Positions 17,910-25,896 of a stretch of DNA of 44,586 bases are shown piece after piece. A model generated the notes under the pieces. That model was not told the DNA's origin and made no database searches. It saw only the letters and a list, made by a program, of their open reading frames with translations. Within the stretch, counting starts at the first letter, position 1. The number at the start of each line of letters is the position of its first letter. The stretch is from Gemmatimonadales bacterium (GTDB lineage Bacteria; Gemmatimonadota; Gemmatimonadetes; Gemmatimonadales; GWC2-71-9): NCBI GenBank assembly GCA_035262265.1, contig DATFTG010000133.1, positions 1-44,586 of the forward strand, in the 5' to 3' direction. The position numbers and the translations under genes were made by a program.

Positions 17910-18686
17910 CTACCCGTGCCAAGGGCCGGTCTGGAGAAACTCCCACAGCTTGTCGCGATAGGCGATCCCACCCACATCGTAGGTCTCGTTGTGGCCGGCC
18001 CCTTCGATCAATACCAGCTCGACGGGGCCCGGCACGGCCGCCGCGACGCGCTGTCCCATCTCGAGCGGCGCCAACCGGTCGGCGGTCCCGTGGAACACCA
18101 GTACCGGGCACCGCACCCGCGTGATCGCAGCGAGGTTGTCGAGCCGCAGGCGGATCAGGAAACGGGGGAACGGCGCGTAGTGGCGGCGGGCCATGTCCCT
18201 CGCGCTCGTGAACGGCGACTCGAGCACCAGCCCCGACACGGGACGCGTGGCCGCCACGTGGGTAGCGGCGACGGACCCCAGGGATCGCCCATACACCCAC
18301 ACGCGTCCGGGGTCGACGCCGGAGCGCGCGGCGAGGGCGGCGTACGCGAGGTCGGCCGCCTCGTACAAGGCGGCCTCGGTGCTGCGCCCCTCGCTCGAGC
18401 CGTAGCCGGGATAGTCGATGACGAGGAGCGCCGTTCGTGGCGGGCGAAACTCGCGCAGCACGGGCCAGATGGCGCCGATCGTTTCCCCGTTGCCGTAGAA
18501 CCAGAGCAGGGCGGGGAAAGACGGGGAAGGACGGGGAAATGGCGGGACGTACCAGCCACGGAGTTTCGTCCCGTCAGCCATCGTCAGCGTGATGGGTTCG
18601 GCGTCCTGCAGGCCCTGCGGCGGGGGATCGGGAATCCGGGCGCGAGGGGCGGGGAACGCGATTCGCTCCTGAAACCGCCATGCCAC
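17910..18686 (-). CDS. alpha/beta-fold serine hydrolase
   Basis: Nucleophile elbow GRSLGS. Downstream HGTADRLAP and GAGHNE, the positions of the catalytic Asp and His. Confidence 0.8.
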   Translation of the reverse strand: MAWRFQERIAFPAPRARIPDPPPQGLQDAEPITLTMADGTKLRGWYVPPFPRPSPSFPALLWFYGNGETIGAIWPVLREFRPPRTALLVIDYPGYGSSEGRSTEAALYEAADLAYAALAARSGVDPGRVWVYGRSLGSVAATHVAATRPVSGLVLESPFTSARDMARRHYAPFPRFLIRLRLDNLAAITRVRCPVLVFHGTADRLAPLEMGQRVAAAVPGPVELVLIEGAGHNETYDVGGIAYRDKLWEFLQTGPWHG

Positions 18687-18729
18687 AGCGGCGAGCAGGG
18701 CGTACGCGCCCAGCGCGCCGAGCAGTATC

Positions 18730-19278
18730 TCAGCGAGTGCGACGGGGGACGTACGGCTGGATCCGGTCTAGGAGCCGCTCGTCCCAGAGCGCGATGTAGA
18801 TCCAGCGGGCTCCGCCCCGGCCGCGCCAGGTGAGCCGGGCCACCTGACGCCCCGAGCGCCATTCCCACATCCCAGCGCGCGAGGCCCGGGGACGTCCGAA
18901 GTGCGCCTCGAGGTCCTGCTGAGCGTGGTCGACGAGGGTGGTGGTTCCCGAGTCGCCGAAGGACAGGAACGCGACCTTTCCTTCCAGGACATAGGCGGCG
19001 ACGTAATAGCGTGCGCTGTCGGCCGGGTCGAACGTCTGCACCCCGCATTCCATCAGCTGAGCGGTGCGCCGCGACGTATTGCACAGCAGCGGCGCGGAGT
19101 CAGCGGCCGCGAGCGCGCGGGCGCGAACGGTGAACGAGTCGAGTGGTGCCGCCAGGACAAATCCTCGATACGCCAGCGGGTCGGGCGACGGGGAGGCCGG
19201 GGCAGCAGCGCTCGTCGGGGGAGTCTGCGCGGCAGACACGGACCACGTCAGGCAGGCGAGGATGGGAACGAGTCTCAT
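18730..19278 (-). CDS. secreted hypothetical protein
   Basis: Signal peptide (SVSAAQ). Coding-like composition. Confidence 0.5.
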   Translation of the reverse strand: MRLVPILACLTWSVSAAQTPPTSAAAPASPSPDPLAYRGFVLAAPLDSFTVRARALAAADSAPLLCNTSRRTAQLMECGVQTFDPADSARYYVAAYVLEGKVAFLSFGDSGTTTLVDHAQQDLEAHFGRPRASRAGMWEWRSGRQVARLTWRGRGGARWIYIALWDERLLDRIQPYVPRRTR

Positions 19279-19294
19279 CGCTTCAATATAGAAA

Positions 19295-19320
19295 CGGGCC
19301 CGGGGTTTCCCCCGGGCCCG
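19295..19320 (-). terminator. intrinsic terminator downstream of the cold-shock gene
   Basis: CGGGCCCGGGG-ttt-CCCCCGGGCCCG hairpin. On the minus strand it is followed by TTTCTATATT. Confidence 0.6.
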
Positions 19321-19343
19321 CTTTCTTGTGCGATCCGACAGGG

Positions 19344-19547
19344 TCAGGAGACCTTGCGGACGTTCTGCGCCTGCAGGCCCTTGGGACCCTGGGCGACATC
19401 GAACTCGACGGCGTCACCCTCGGCGAGGCTCCGGAAACCATCGGCCTGGATCGCCGTGAAGTGGACGAACACATCCGGACCCGACTCCTGCGCGATAAAG
19501 CCGAAGCCCTTCGCGTCGTTGAACCACTTCACCTTTCCCTTTGCCAT
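19344..19547 (-). CDS. csp: CspA-family cold-shock protein
   Basis: [16 protein letters not shown] (RNP1) and VFVHF (RNP2) motifs. 67 aa. Confidence 0.95.
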   Translation of the reverse strand: MAKGKVKWFNDAKGFGFIAQESGPDVFVHFTAIQADGFRSLAEGDAVEFDVAQGPKGLQAQNVRKVS

Positions 19548-19626
19548 ACTGAGAAACCCTCTTTACTGAATGGGGCATCGCCCCGGACTGTGATTCGACC
19601 CAGGTCACCGCGACCTGGGACGGGCT

Positions 19627-19660
19627 CAAACAAAAACCGCGAGACGAATGGTCCTCGCGG
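19627..19660 (-). terminator. terminator-like hairpin plus T-tract inside the csp upstream leader region
   Basis: Minus strand reads CCGCGAGG-accattcg-TCTCGCGG followed by TTTTTGTTTG. It lies about 80 nt upstream of the csp ATG. Confidence 0.45.
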
Positions 19661-19800
19661 AGCGCAGACAGCCGGTGACGGTGCCACGTATTGCTTGAAC
19701 CGGGGCCAAAGGTAGGACCCTGAAATGACCCTGTCAATCACGAAGAAATCCCCATCTGCCATCGTGACGACAGTATCTATACACTAAGAGCCCAAGCCCC

Positions 19801-20346
19801 CTACTTGTTGGGAAGACCGATCGCCGTTCGGAACTCGGCCAATGCGGCGTCATAGGCACGGAGTCGAGCTACGAGGCCGGTACTGAGCGTCTGGGCCGCG
19901 AGTCCCTTGGCATTCTGGCACTCCTTGGCCGACAACGAGAGCGAGTCGAGCTGCAGTGTCAGCTCGCGCGCCGGTTTGCGTGTCGGAGGATCGTAGGCGA
20001 CGGGATCCATTTGCCCGCGCCCGCTCGCGATGAAGCTGCGTGCAGCGGAGCAGTAGGCGGTGAGACGCTTGGCGGCGACCTTGACCTGACTCGAGTCCTT
20101 CGAGCCACGGACGCGGTTCAGCCGATCGATCCCGGTCTTGATCTGTGCCACACCGCGACCCGCCGTGCGCAACCCCTGCATGTACCGTTGCTGCTGGGGA
20201 TTAGGAGGTGGCGCCGCCGCTGCGTTGGAATCGGCGCCGCCGGGTAATTGCGCGACGGCACGTCCCGCCAGAGCGAGAGTGCCTAACACCAATAGCGTCA
20301 GGGTGATGGAACGAGCGCGCAAGCCGTGGCTCCGGAGCATTCGCAT
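19801..20346 (-). CDS. secreted two-cysteine helical protein, function unknown
   Basis: Start taken at MRMLRSH...; signal peptide ending AVAQ. Weak paralogue of the 20998..21537 product. Confidence 0.5.
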   Translation of the reverse strand: MRMLRSHGLRARSITLTLLVLGTLALAGRAVAQLPGGADSNAAAAPPPNPQQQRYMQGLRTAGRGVAQIKTGIDRLNRVRGSKDSSQVKVAAKRLTAYCSAARSFIASGRGQMDPVAYDPPTRKPARELTLQLDSLSLSAKECQNAKGLAAQTLSTGLVARLRAYDAALAEFRTAIGLPNK

Positions 20347-20357
20347 GAGCCTTGGGT

Positions 20358-20363
20358 TATAAT
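20358..20363 (+). promoter_or_regulatory. perfect TATAAT hexamer 6 nt upstream of ATG 20370
   Basis: Read directly. It is the only AT-rich hexamer in a 23-bp divergent gap. Confidence 0.35.
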
Positions 20364-20369
20364 CTCGAC

Positions 20370-20996
20370 ATGCCGGTTCCCGCAACCTCCCGGATGTCGC
20401 GCACGTTTGAAGATCGCGCCGACGCGCTGAGTCATTTCTTTACACGGGCCGCCGAGGCTCCGCGCTTCATCGCGTTCGACGACGCCGTCGGATGTCCCCT
20501 CGATCAGGCGCTCGCCGTCATCGAGTGGACGCAGGCGGCGGGCATCCTGCACGACGACGATCTGATGCACGCCGCCTGGATTCGACCCGACGCCGCTGCC
20601 GCGGTCGTGGAGCGCCGCGACGGCGACCGGCGCGTGTTCGCCTACTTCGGGCCACGCATGGATCAGCCGTACGCGGATCCCGGCGAGTGCGAGCTGCTGT
20701 ATGACGGTCCCGGCGTGCGCGCGTATGCCTTTGCCGAGCGCGGTCACGCCGTCGCGCACTTTCTGCGCGCCACGCAGGGAACGGGAGCGATGCTCGCCCT
20801 GCTGGGGCGGCGCGCTCCGGAGCTGCGCCACGTGCGCCGCTGGCTGGCGGACCTGTTCAGTGGACCGCCCACCGGCGAGGCGCGCTCGACTCTCTTGATG
20901 GCCGGGTGGTTCGCCACCGCCGGCGCTGGATGCCTCTTTCTCCCCGCGCAAGCTGGGGAGCCCTACTGCTATAGCGAAGTCAGCATCGACTCCTGA
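20370..20996 (+). CDS. hypothetical cytoplasmic protein
   Basis: More protein-like than the antisense ORF 20298..21086. No recognisable domain. Alternative start at ATG 20394. Confidence 0.45.
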   Translation: MPVPATSRMSRTFEDRADALSHFFTRAAEAPRFIAFDDAVGCPLDQALAVIEWTQAAGILHDDDLMHAAWIRPDAAAAVVERRDGDRRVFAYFGPRMDQPYADPGECELLYDGPGVRAYAFAERGHAVAHFLRATQGTGAMLALLGRRAPELRHVRRWLADLFSGPPTGEARSTLLMAGWFATAGAGCLFLPAQAGEPYCYSEVSIDS

Positions 20997-20997
20997 C

Positions 20998-21537
20998 ATG
21001 ACGACTGGATTCCTGGCACTGGCCCTCCTCGCGCAGGCGCCTGCTCCCGCTGCGTCCGCGCCCGTCGCGCGGCCGGCGCAAGACACCGCGCGTCAAGCGC
21101 GCTACGAGCGCGTCCTGAGCGGCGTCAGCGACTCGCTCGACGTGGTGCGTGGGGCGATGGCCGCGTTTCAGGTCGATCTGCCGAGCGCGTCTCCAGACCT
21201 CGTGCTGGCTCGCGCGAGCCGCGTGCGGAATTCCTGTCACGGCGCAGCGACGGCGGCGGAGCAGGTGTCGACGGTGTTGGCGGGGGGCGTCTACATCCCA
21301 CACGCCAGGGTCGAGCAGGGAAAGCTGCGCGGCGGCACCAGCGATCTGCGCCGCACGTTGGAACGCTGCGAACGGGAATGGGCGGTGTTGAATCCGGCGA
21401 CACGCGCCAACGCCGACAGCCTGCGGGCGTGGGGTCCCTATCGCGGAGCCCGGCTCGACGCCGCGATACGGTCCTACGTCGGCTTGTTGCGCGCGTTCAT
21501 GAAGCAGGCAGCACTGAAAAAGCCCGCCGTCGGCTGA
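20998..21537 (+). CDS. secreted two-cysteine helical protein, function unknown
   Basis: Signal peptide. The ATG lies 1 nt after the upstream stop. Same architecture as the 19801..20346 product. Confidence 0.5.
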   Translation: MTTGFLALALLAQAPAPAASAPVARPAQDTARQARYERVLSGVSDSLDVVRGAMAAFQVDLPSASPDLVLARASRVRNSCHGAATAAEQVSTVLAGGVYIPHARVEQGKLRGGTSDLRRTLERCEREWAVLNPATRANADSLRAWGPYRGARLDAAIRSYVGLLRAFMKQAALKKPAVG

Positions 21538-21696
21538 TGTGGGGAACGTGAATGCTGTTGATCCACAACTCCACACGATGTGGACGGAATCCGCAACGCC
21601 CCGACTGCACGCTGGTTATGATCCACATTGGTTGCACATCGACGTGAGCTAACCCGAAGAAACATCGGCGCTTGCGCGATTCTACCCTGTCCATAA
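21538..21696. promoter_or_regulatory. cluster of DnaA-box-like 9-mers
   Basis: TGTGGGGAA 21538-46; TGATCCACA 21559-67; TGTGGACGG 21579-87; TGATCCACA 21619-27; TGTCCATAA 21688-96. Matches to TTATCCACA/TGTGGATAA are 6-8 of 9. Confidence 0.3.
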
Positions 21697-21789
21697 ATTG
21701 TCCCGTGCGTCGCGTGGGGAAGGGTTGGGACCTCAAGTTCCTTCCACGCCTACACGACCAGTCCGAGCGGGAATTCCGGGGAAGGTGCC

Positions 21790-22134
21790 GATGCAACAAG
21801 GGCTCAGGCGCCTGTCGATCCGGGAGGATCTCACCGACTCGGATCGCTGAGGCCAGTCGCGTGCCTCAGCCACGTCGACGCGGTGCCTCGACGTGCAGTG
21901 CGGAAGGTCGGTCCGCGACCCGATCTGACCCGCAGCACTCGCAGCGGTGAACCTTGCGACCCGGCCAGGTCGCTTGGGGATGGAAGCCGGAGCTCCTGTT
22001 AGCCCTACCGCGGACGCAACAGTCCACCGGCGGCGACAGGACGAAGAACGGAGGGAGCAATCCCCCGGCTCCGGGTAACCGATGTGCGGAGCCCCTGGGC
22101 GGCCCTACGGGTCGTACCAGGGGCTTCGTATTTT
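21790..22134 (+). ncRNA. structured non-coding RNA or cis-regulatory leader, unclassified
   Basis: No credible ORF. Consecutive perfect hairpins at 21847-69, 21871-95 and 21955-72. Nested long-range pairings CCGGAGC 21987-93 with GCTCCGG 22069-75. A GCAA tetraloop hairpin near 22051-70. The region ends in a terminator. The 5' boundary is uncertain. Confidence 0.35.
22089..22134 (+). terminator. intrinsic terminator 45 nt upstream of the deacetylase start codon
   Basis: GAGCCCCTGG...CCAGGGGCT(T)C stem followed by GTATTTT. Confidence 0.6.
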
Positions 22135-22178
22135 GGGCCGACCGTTGACGCCGCACGCGTAAGCCGGGTCTCACCGCG

Positions 22179-22892
22179 ATGACACTACCACTCATCGGAA
22201 CCGGGGTCGCAGCCCTCGGCAGCCTCGCCTGGGGCGTGTACGACCCGACGAGCCCGCTCTTCGGTCGTGTGATCGGCCGCGGGCCGAAGCGCGAGCGTGT
22301 CCTTTATCTCACGTTCGACGACGGGCCGCGGCCACCCGTGACGTCGCGGATCCTCGAGACACTCGAGCGCGAGCGCGTGCCCGCCGCCTTCTTCCTCGTG
22401 GGCGCTGCGGTGCGGCTGCACCCCGATATGGCGCGCCGCGTGGCGGCTGCGGGACACGAGATCGGCAACCACACCAAGAACCATCGTAAACTGCACCGCC
22501 TCGGGCCCGGCGCGGTCAGGGCCGAGCTGACGGGCGGGCACAGAGACATCGTAGAGATCACGGGAGAAATCCCGCGTGCGTTCCGCGCTCCGCACGGGTA
22601 CCGCAACCCCTTCGTCACCCGCGTGGCGAAGAAGCTGCGTTACCAGACGGTAGGGTGGACGTTCGGGGTGTGGGACTCCGATCGCCCGCCGCCCGAGGAG
22701 ATTCGCCGCCGCGTGCGTGTGAAGCTGAAGCCCGGGGCGATCATCCTGCTGCATGACGGCGACGGCTACGACCCGGCGGGCACGAGCGAGCGCGGCGACC
22801 GGTCCAATACGGCGGCGGCGCTGCCCGGCATCATCGCCGACGCGCGCGCCGCGGGCTACGAGTTTCGATCTCTGGGGGAATTGCTCCGCTGA
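22179..22892 (+). CDS. polysaccharide deacetylase (NodB homology domain, CE4)
   Basis: YLTFDDGP, GHEIGNHTKNH, FRAPHGY and IILLHDG motifs in canonical order. Confidence 0.9.
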   Translation: MTLPLIGTGVAALGSLAWGVYDPTSPLFGRVIGRGPKRERVLYLTFDDGPRPPVTSRILETLERERVPAAFFLVGAAVRLHPDMARRVAAAGHEIGNHTKNHRKLHRLGPGAVRAELTGGHRDIVEITGEIPRAFRAPHGYRNPFVTRVAKKLRYQTVGWTFGVWDSDRPPPEEIRRRVRVKLKPGAIILLHDGDGYDPAGTSERGDRSNTAAALPGIIADARAAGYEFRSLGELLR

Positions 22893-22918
22893 CCGACCTG
22901 CACCACCTCCCGAAACTC

Positions 22919-24832
22919 CTACAACTCGACCTGCGCCCCCACCTCGAATACCTGCGTCGCCGGAATCTGGAAGAACGCCGTCGCCCGCAGCGCGTTGCGC
23001 GACATGAACGCGAACAGCCGTTCGCGCCACCGCGCCATGCCCGGGCGGTCGGTCGACACCAGCTCCTCGCGCCCCAGGAAGAACGTCGTGCCCTCGAGCG
23101 GGATCTCGAGGCGATACTCGCGACAACGGTCGATGATGTCCTGCATGCTGGGGTCCTCCATGAAGCCATAGCGCGCGTTCACGCTGTGAAACCCCTTCCC
23201 CAGATGCTTGACCTTCACTCGCTGAGCGGGAGGGACGTGCGGGATCTCCTCGGTTACGACCGTCAGGAATATGACCCGCTCATGCAGCACCTTGTTGTGC
23301 GCCAGGTTGTGGACCAGTGCCGGGGGGGTGCCACCGGGATTGCCGGACATGAACACCGCCACGCCGGGGACGCGGAGCGGGGGATCGGCCGCGAGATCCG
23401 CCATGAGAATGTTGAGGGGGACGGATTTCTCCTGCAGGCGCTTCGACAGGATCTCCCGGCCACGCTTCCAGGTCGACATGAGCAGGAACAGCACCGCGGC
23501 GATCGCGAGGGGGATCCAGCCGCCGTTTTCGATCTTCAGGGCATTAGCGACGAAGAAGGGGATATCCATCGCCAGAAAGAGCAGCACCACGATGCCGGCC
23601 CTCGGAAGACTCCAGCGCCACACCTCGCGTGACATGACATAGAACATCAGTGTCGTCATGAGCATCAGGGTCGACAGCGCGACCCCGTAGGCGCCGGCAA
23701 TGCTGGTGGCTGATCCGAAGTACAGCACGAAAGCACAGGTCAGCAGCATCAACCCCCAATTCACCGCCGGCACGTAGATCTGCCCGATCTCTCGCGACGA
23801 GGTGTGGTCGATCTGCATGCGCGGGCTGTACCCGAGCTGGATTGCCTGCCGCGTCAGGGAGAATGCGCCCGAAATGATCGCTTGTGAGGCGATGATCGCG
23901 GCGGCCGTCGCCAGCGCGATCAACGGATAGAGAAACCAGGACGGTGCGAGGTGATAGAACGGGTTCTCGGCTGCGCTGGGGTCTTGCAGCAGCAGGGCAC
24001 CCTGTCCGAAATAGTTGAGGACCAGAGCGGGTGCTGCCGTCGAAAACCAGGCGATCTGAATCGCCTTGTGGCCGAAATGACCGAGGTCGGCGTACAGTGC
24101 CTCTCCTCCCGTCACGACCAGAAACACGGCGCCGAGAACGACGAAGGCACGCCCGGGATTCTTCACGAACAATTCCACGGCATGCACCGGCGAAACCGCC
24201 GCCAGCACGCCGGGTTGCCGAAAAATCGCCACCACCCCGAGGATGGCGATGGTCCAGAACCAGACGAGCATGATCGGGCCGAACACCGCCCCGATCCGCG
24301 CCGTGCCATGGCTCTGGAACCAGAACAACCCGATCAGGATGACCAGGGTCAGCGGGACGACCACGCGCGCCAATTCCGGCGTGGCGACCTCGAGTCCCTC
24401 GGTGGCGCCAAGGACGGAAATCGCAGGGGTAAGCGCCCCGTCGGCGTAGATCAGCGCGGCACCGAAAATCCCGAGAATGATCATCACATGGCGCGGCGCC
24501 AGTCCGCGTGCCTGACGGCTCCCTTGAACCAGCGCCATCAGGGCCAATACGCCTCCCTCGCCCTTGTTGTCCGCGCGAATGATTACGATGTGGTACTTGA
24601 TCGTCACGACGAGGATCAGCGACCAGAACACCAGCGACAGCACGCCGAGGACGTTCTCCGGCGTAGGCGGGATGGCCAATCGCCCGGAGAAGGTTTCATG
24701 GAGCGCGTACAGCGGGCTCGTTCCGATGTCGCCGTAGACGACGCCGAGCGCGGTGAGGCTGAGCAGCCCCAGGTACTTGCCCTGGGGAGTCTTGTCGAGG
24801 GTCAACGGAGATCCTGGTTGGCGATGCCCCAA
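22919..24832 (-). CDS. kup: KUP/HAK/KT family potassium uptake transporter
   Basis: GVVYGDIGTSPLYAL signature, about 12 TM helices and a C-terminal cytoplasmic domain. Confidence 0.95.
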   Translation of the reverse strand: MGHRQPGSPLTLDKTPQGKYLGLLSLTALGVVYGDIGTSPLYALHETFSGRLAIPPTPENVLGVLSLVFWSLILVVTIKYHIVIIRADNKGEGGVLALMALVQGSRQARGLAPRHVMIILGIFGAALIYADGALTPAISVLGATEGLEVATPELARVVVPLTLVILIGLFWFQSHGTARIGAVFGPIMLVWFWTIAILGVVAIFRQPGVLAAVSPVHAVELFVKNPGRAFVVLGAVFLVVTGGEALYADLGHFGHKAIQIAWFSTAAPALVLNYFGQGALLLQDPSAAENPFYHLAPSWFLYPLIALATAAAIIASQAIISGAFSLTRQAIQLGYSPRMQIDHTSSREIGQIYVPAVNWGLMLLTCAFVLYFGSATSIAGAYGVALSTLMLMTTLMFYVMSREVWRWSLPRAGIVVLLFLAMDIPFFVANALKIENGGWIPLAIAAVLFLLMSTWKRGREILSKRLQEKSVPLNILMADLAADPPLRVPGVAVFMSGNPGGTPPALVHNLAHNKVLHERVIFLTVVTEEIPHVPPAQRVKVKHLGKGFHSVNARYGFMEDPSMQDIIDRCREYRLEIPLEGTTFFLGREELVSTDRPGMARWRERLFAFMSRNALRATAFFQIPATQVFEVGAQVEL

Positions 24833-25884
24833 TCGCTCGATCCGCGATAGGGCCGGCGATGATCCAGCTGCCAGACGCGCTTTTGCGAGATGAGTCCTTC
24901 TGTGAACGCGTCCGCATCGCGCAGCGCCTCGGCCATGCTCGCGGTCTTCGCGCTGGCATTGTCAGCCCAATGCAACACCTCTGCTTCGAGCGTCAGCGGC
25001 AGCACGGGACTGCCGTGCTCCAACCGGCCGTGATGTGACAAGATGAGGTGCAACAACAGCTGTCGCTCTTCGGGTGTGCACGGGGGGGCCGGCTCCTCGT
25101 TGAGGCGCCGCTCCAGCATGAGCGCGCCGAGCGTGACGTGTCCCAGCAGGTAGTGCTGGTCGGTGTAGCCGAACACTCCGTCCCAGCGGTAGGCGTCGAG
25201 CTTGCCGATGTCGTGCAGCAGCGCCCCCGCCAGCACCAGCTCCGGATCGGCCCCCGCGGCGCGCGCGATGGTACGGGCGATGGCGCCGACCTCGACGGTG
25301 TGGGTGAGCAGGCCGCCGAGCGTAGCGTGGTGACCGGAGACGCTGGCGGGGCACGCCCCGAAGCGCTGCCGGAAGTCGGCGTCCTCGAAAAACAGGGCGA
25401 GCACGGCTCGCAGTCGCGGCTTCGCCAGCTCGGCGCGCCACGAATCCACCGTTTCCCAATAGCGGGTGACGTCCCCGACGCTCGGGAGCAGGCGTCCCAG
25501 CTCGGCGGTACTCGGCGGCAGTACGCGGAGCGAGCTGACGCGCAGCTGGCGGTGACCGCGATAGTCGGCAACCTCACCCAGCACCTGGACCACATGTCCC
25601 GGCCGGATCCCCTCGACCATCGCCTGCTCGCGGTCCCAGAACGGGGCGCTGGTGAGCCGGCCGGTCGCGTTACCGAACGTCAGTACCGTGCACCAGCCGC
25701 CCTCGAAGCTGCGCTGCTCGGCGTCGAGCACCAGCAGAGTGTCCTGCACCCGCTCACCGGGCTGGAGGGACGGGAGGTCGAGGACGCGGGAGGGCGGGGG
25801 GGTCGGGGGGGCCGGCATGGGAGCGGGGGAAATATAGGGGAGCGGCAATTGGGGAGTGGTACCAATCGTTGCACGGCGTAGCAC
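24802..25884 (-). CDS. OB-fold plus HD-domain protein (YhaM-like 3'-5' exoribonuclease family)
   Basis: N-terminal OB fold (VLTFGNATGRL...VQVLGEV). HD motifs HHATLGGLLTHT, LLHDIGK and ILSHHG. The start may instead be ATG 25818. Confidence 0.8.
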   Translation of the reverse strand: MLRRATIGTTPQLPLPYISPAPMPAPPTPPPSRVLDLPSLQPGERVQDTLLVLDAEQRSFEGGWCTVLTFGNATGRLTSAPFWDREQAMVEGIRPGHVVQVLGEVADYRGHRQLRVSSLRVLPPSTAELGRLLPSVGDVTRYWETVDSWRAELAKPRLRAVLALFFEDADFRQRFGACPASVSGHHATLGGLLTHTVEVGAIARTIARAAGADPELVLAGALLHDIGKLDAYRWDGVFGYTDQHYLLGHVTLGALMLERRLNEEPAPPCTPEERQLLLHLILSHHGRLEHGSPVLPLTLEAEVLHWADNASAKTASMAEALRDADAFTEGLISQKRVWQLDHRRPYRGSSDWGIANQDLR

Positions 25885-25896
25885 ATTGCCGCACCG

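Noticed and set aside
18513-18542. Three tandem 10-nt repeats GGGGAAAGAC / GGGGAAGGAC / GGGGAAATGG
   Set aside because: They lie inside the alpha/beta hydrolase coding frame and encode ...FPRPSPSFP.... This is a short low-complexity stretch with no sign of being an independent element.
18687-18767. Hydrophobic TM-like segment (...AEILLGALGAYALLAAVAW) in frame upstream of the hydrolase start
   Set aside because: No ATG, GTG or TTG codon occurs between the in-frame stop at 18768-70 and the GTG at 18686. I kept the track start. A non-canonical start cannot be excluded.
21791-21850. 19-codon mini-ORF with a GGAAGG SD, considered as an independent small protein gene
   Set aside because: It is too short and lacks features to call as a gene. 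It is mentioned only as a possible leader peptide within the structured RNA finding.
21790-22178. Tested as RNase P RNA, tmRNA, SRP RNA, cobalamin riboswitch, c-di-GMP-I (GEMM) and ydaO/c-di-AMP riboswitch
   Set aside because: Only short fragments resemble parts of these consensus sequences: AAGCCGGGTCTC, GGAGGGAGCAATCCCCCGGCTCC, CCAGGTC...GGAAGC, GGTGAACC, GACGCAACAGTCCACCGG...GGGTAACCGATG. The order, spacing and key invariant blocks are missing (GAGGAAAGTCCGGGC, the TTCGA T-loop with CCA, GGCAAAC and others). The region is left unclassified.
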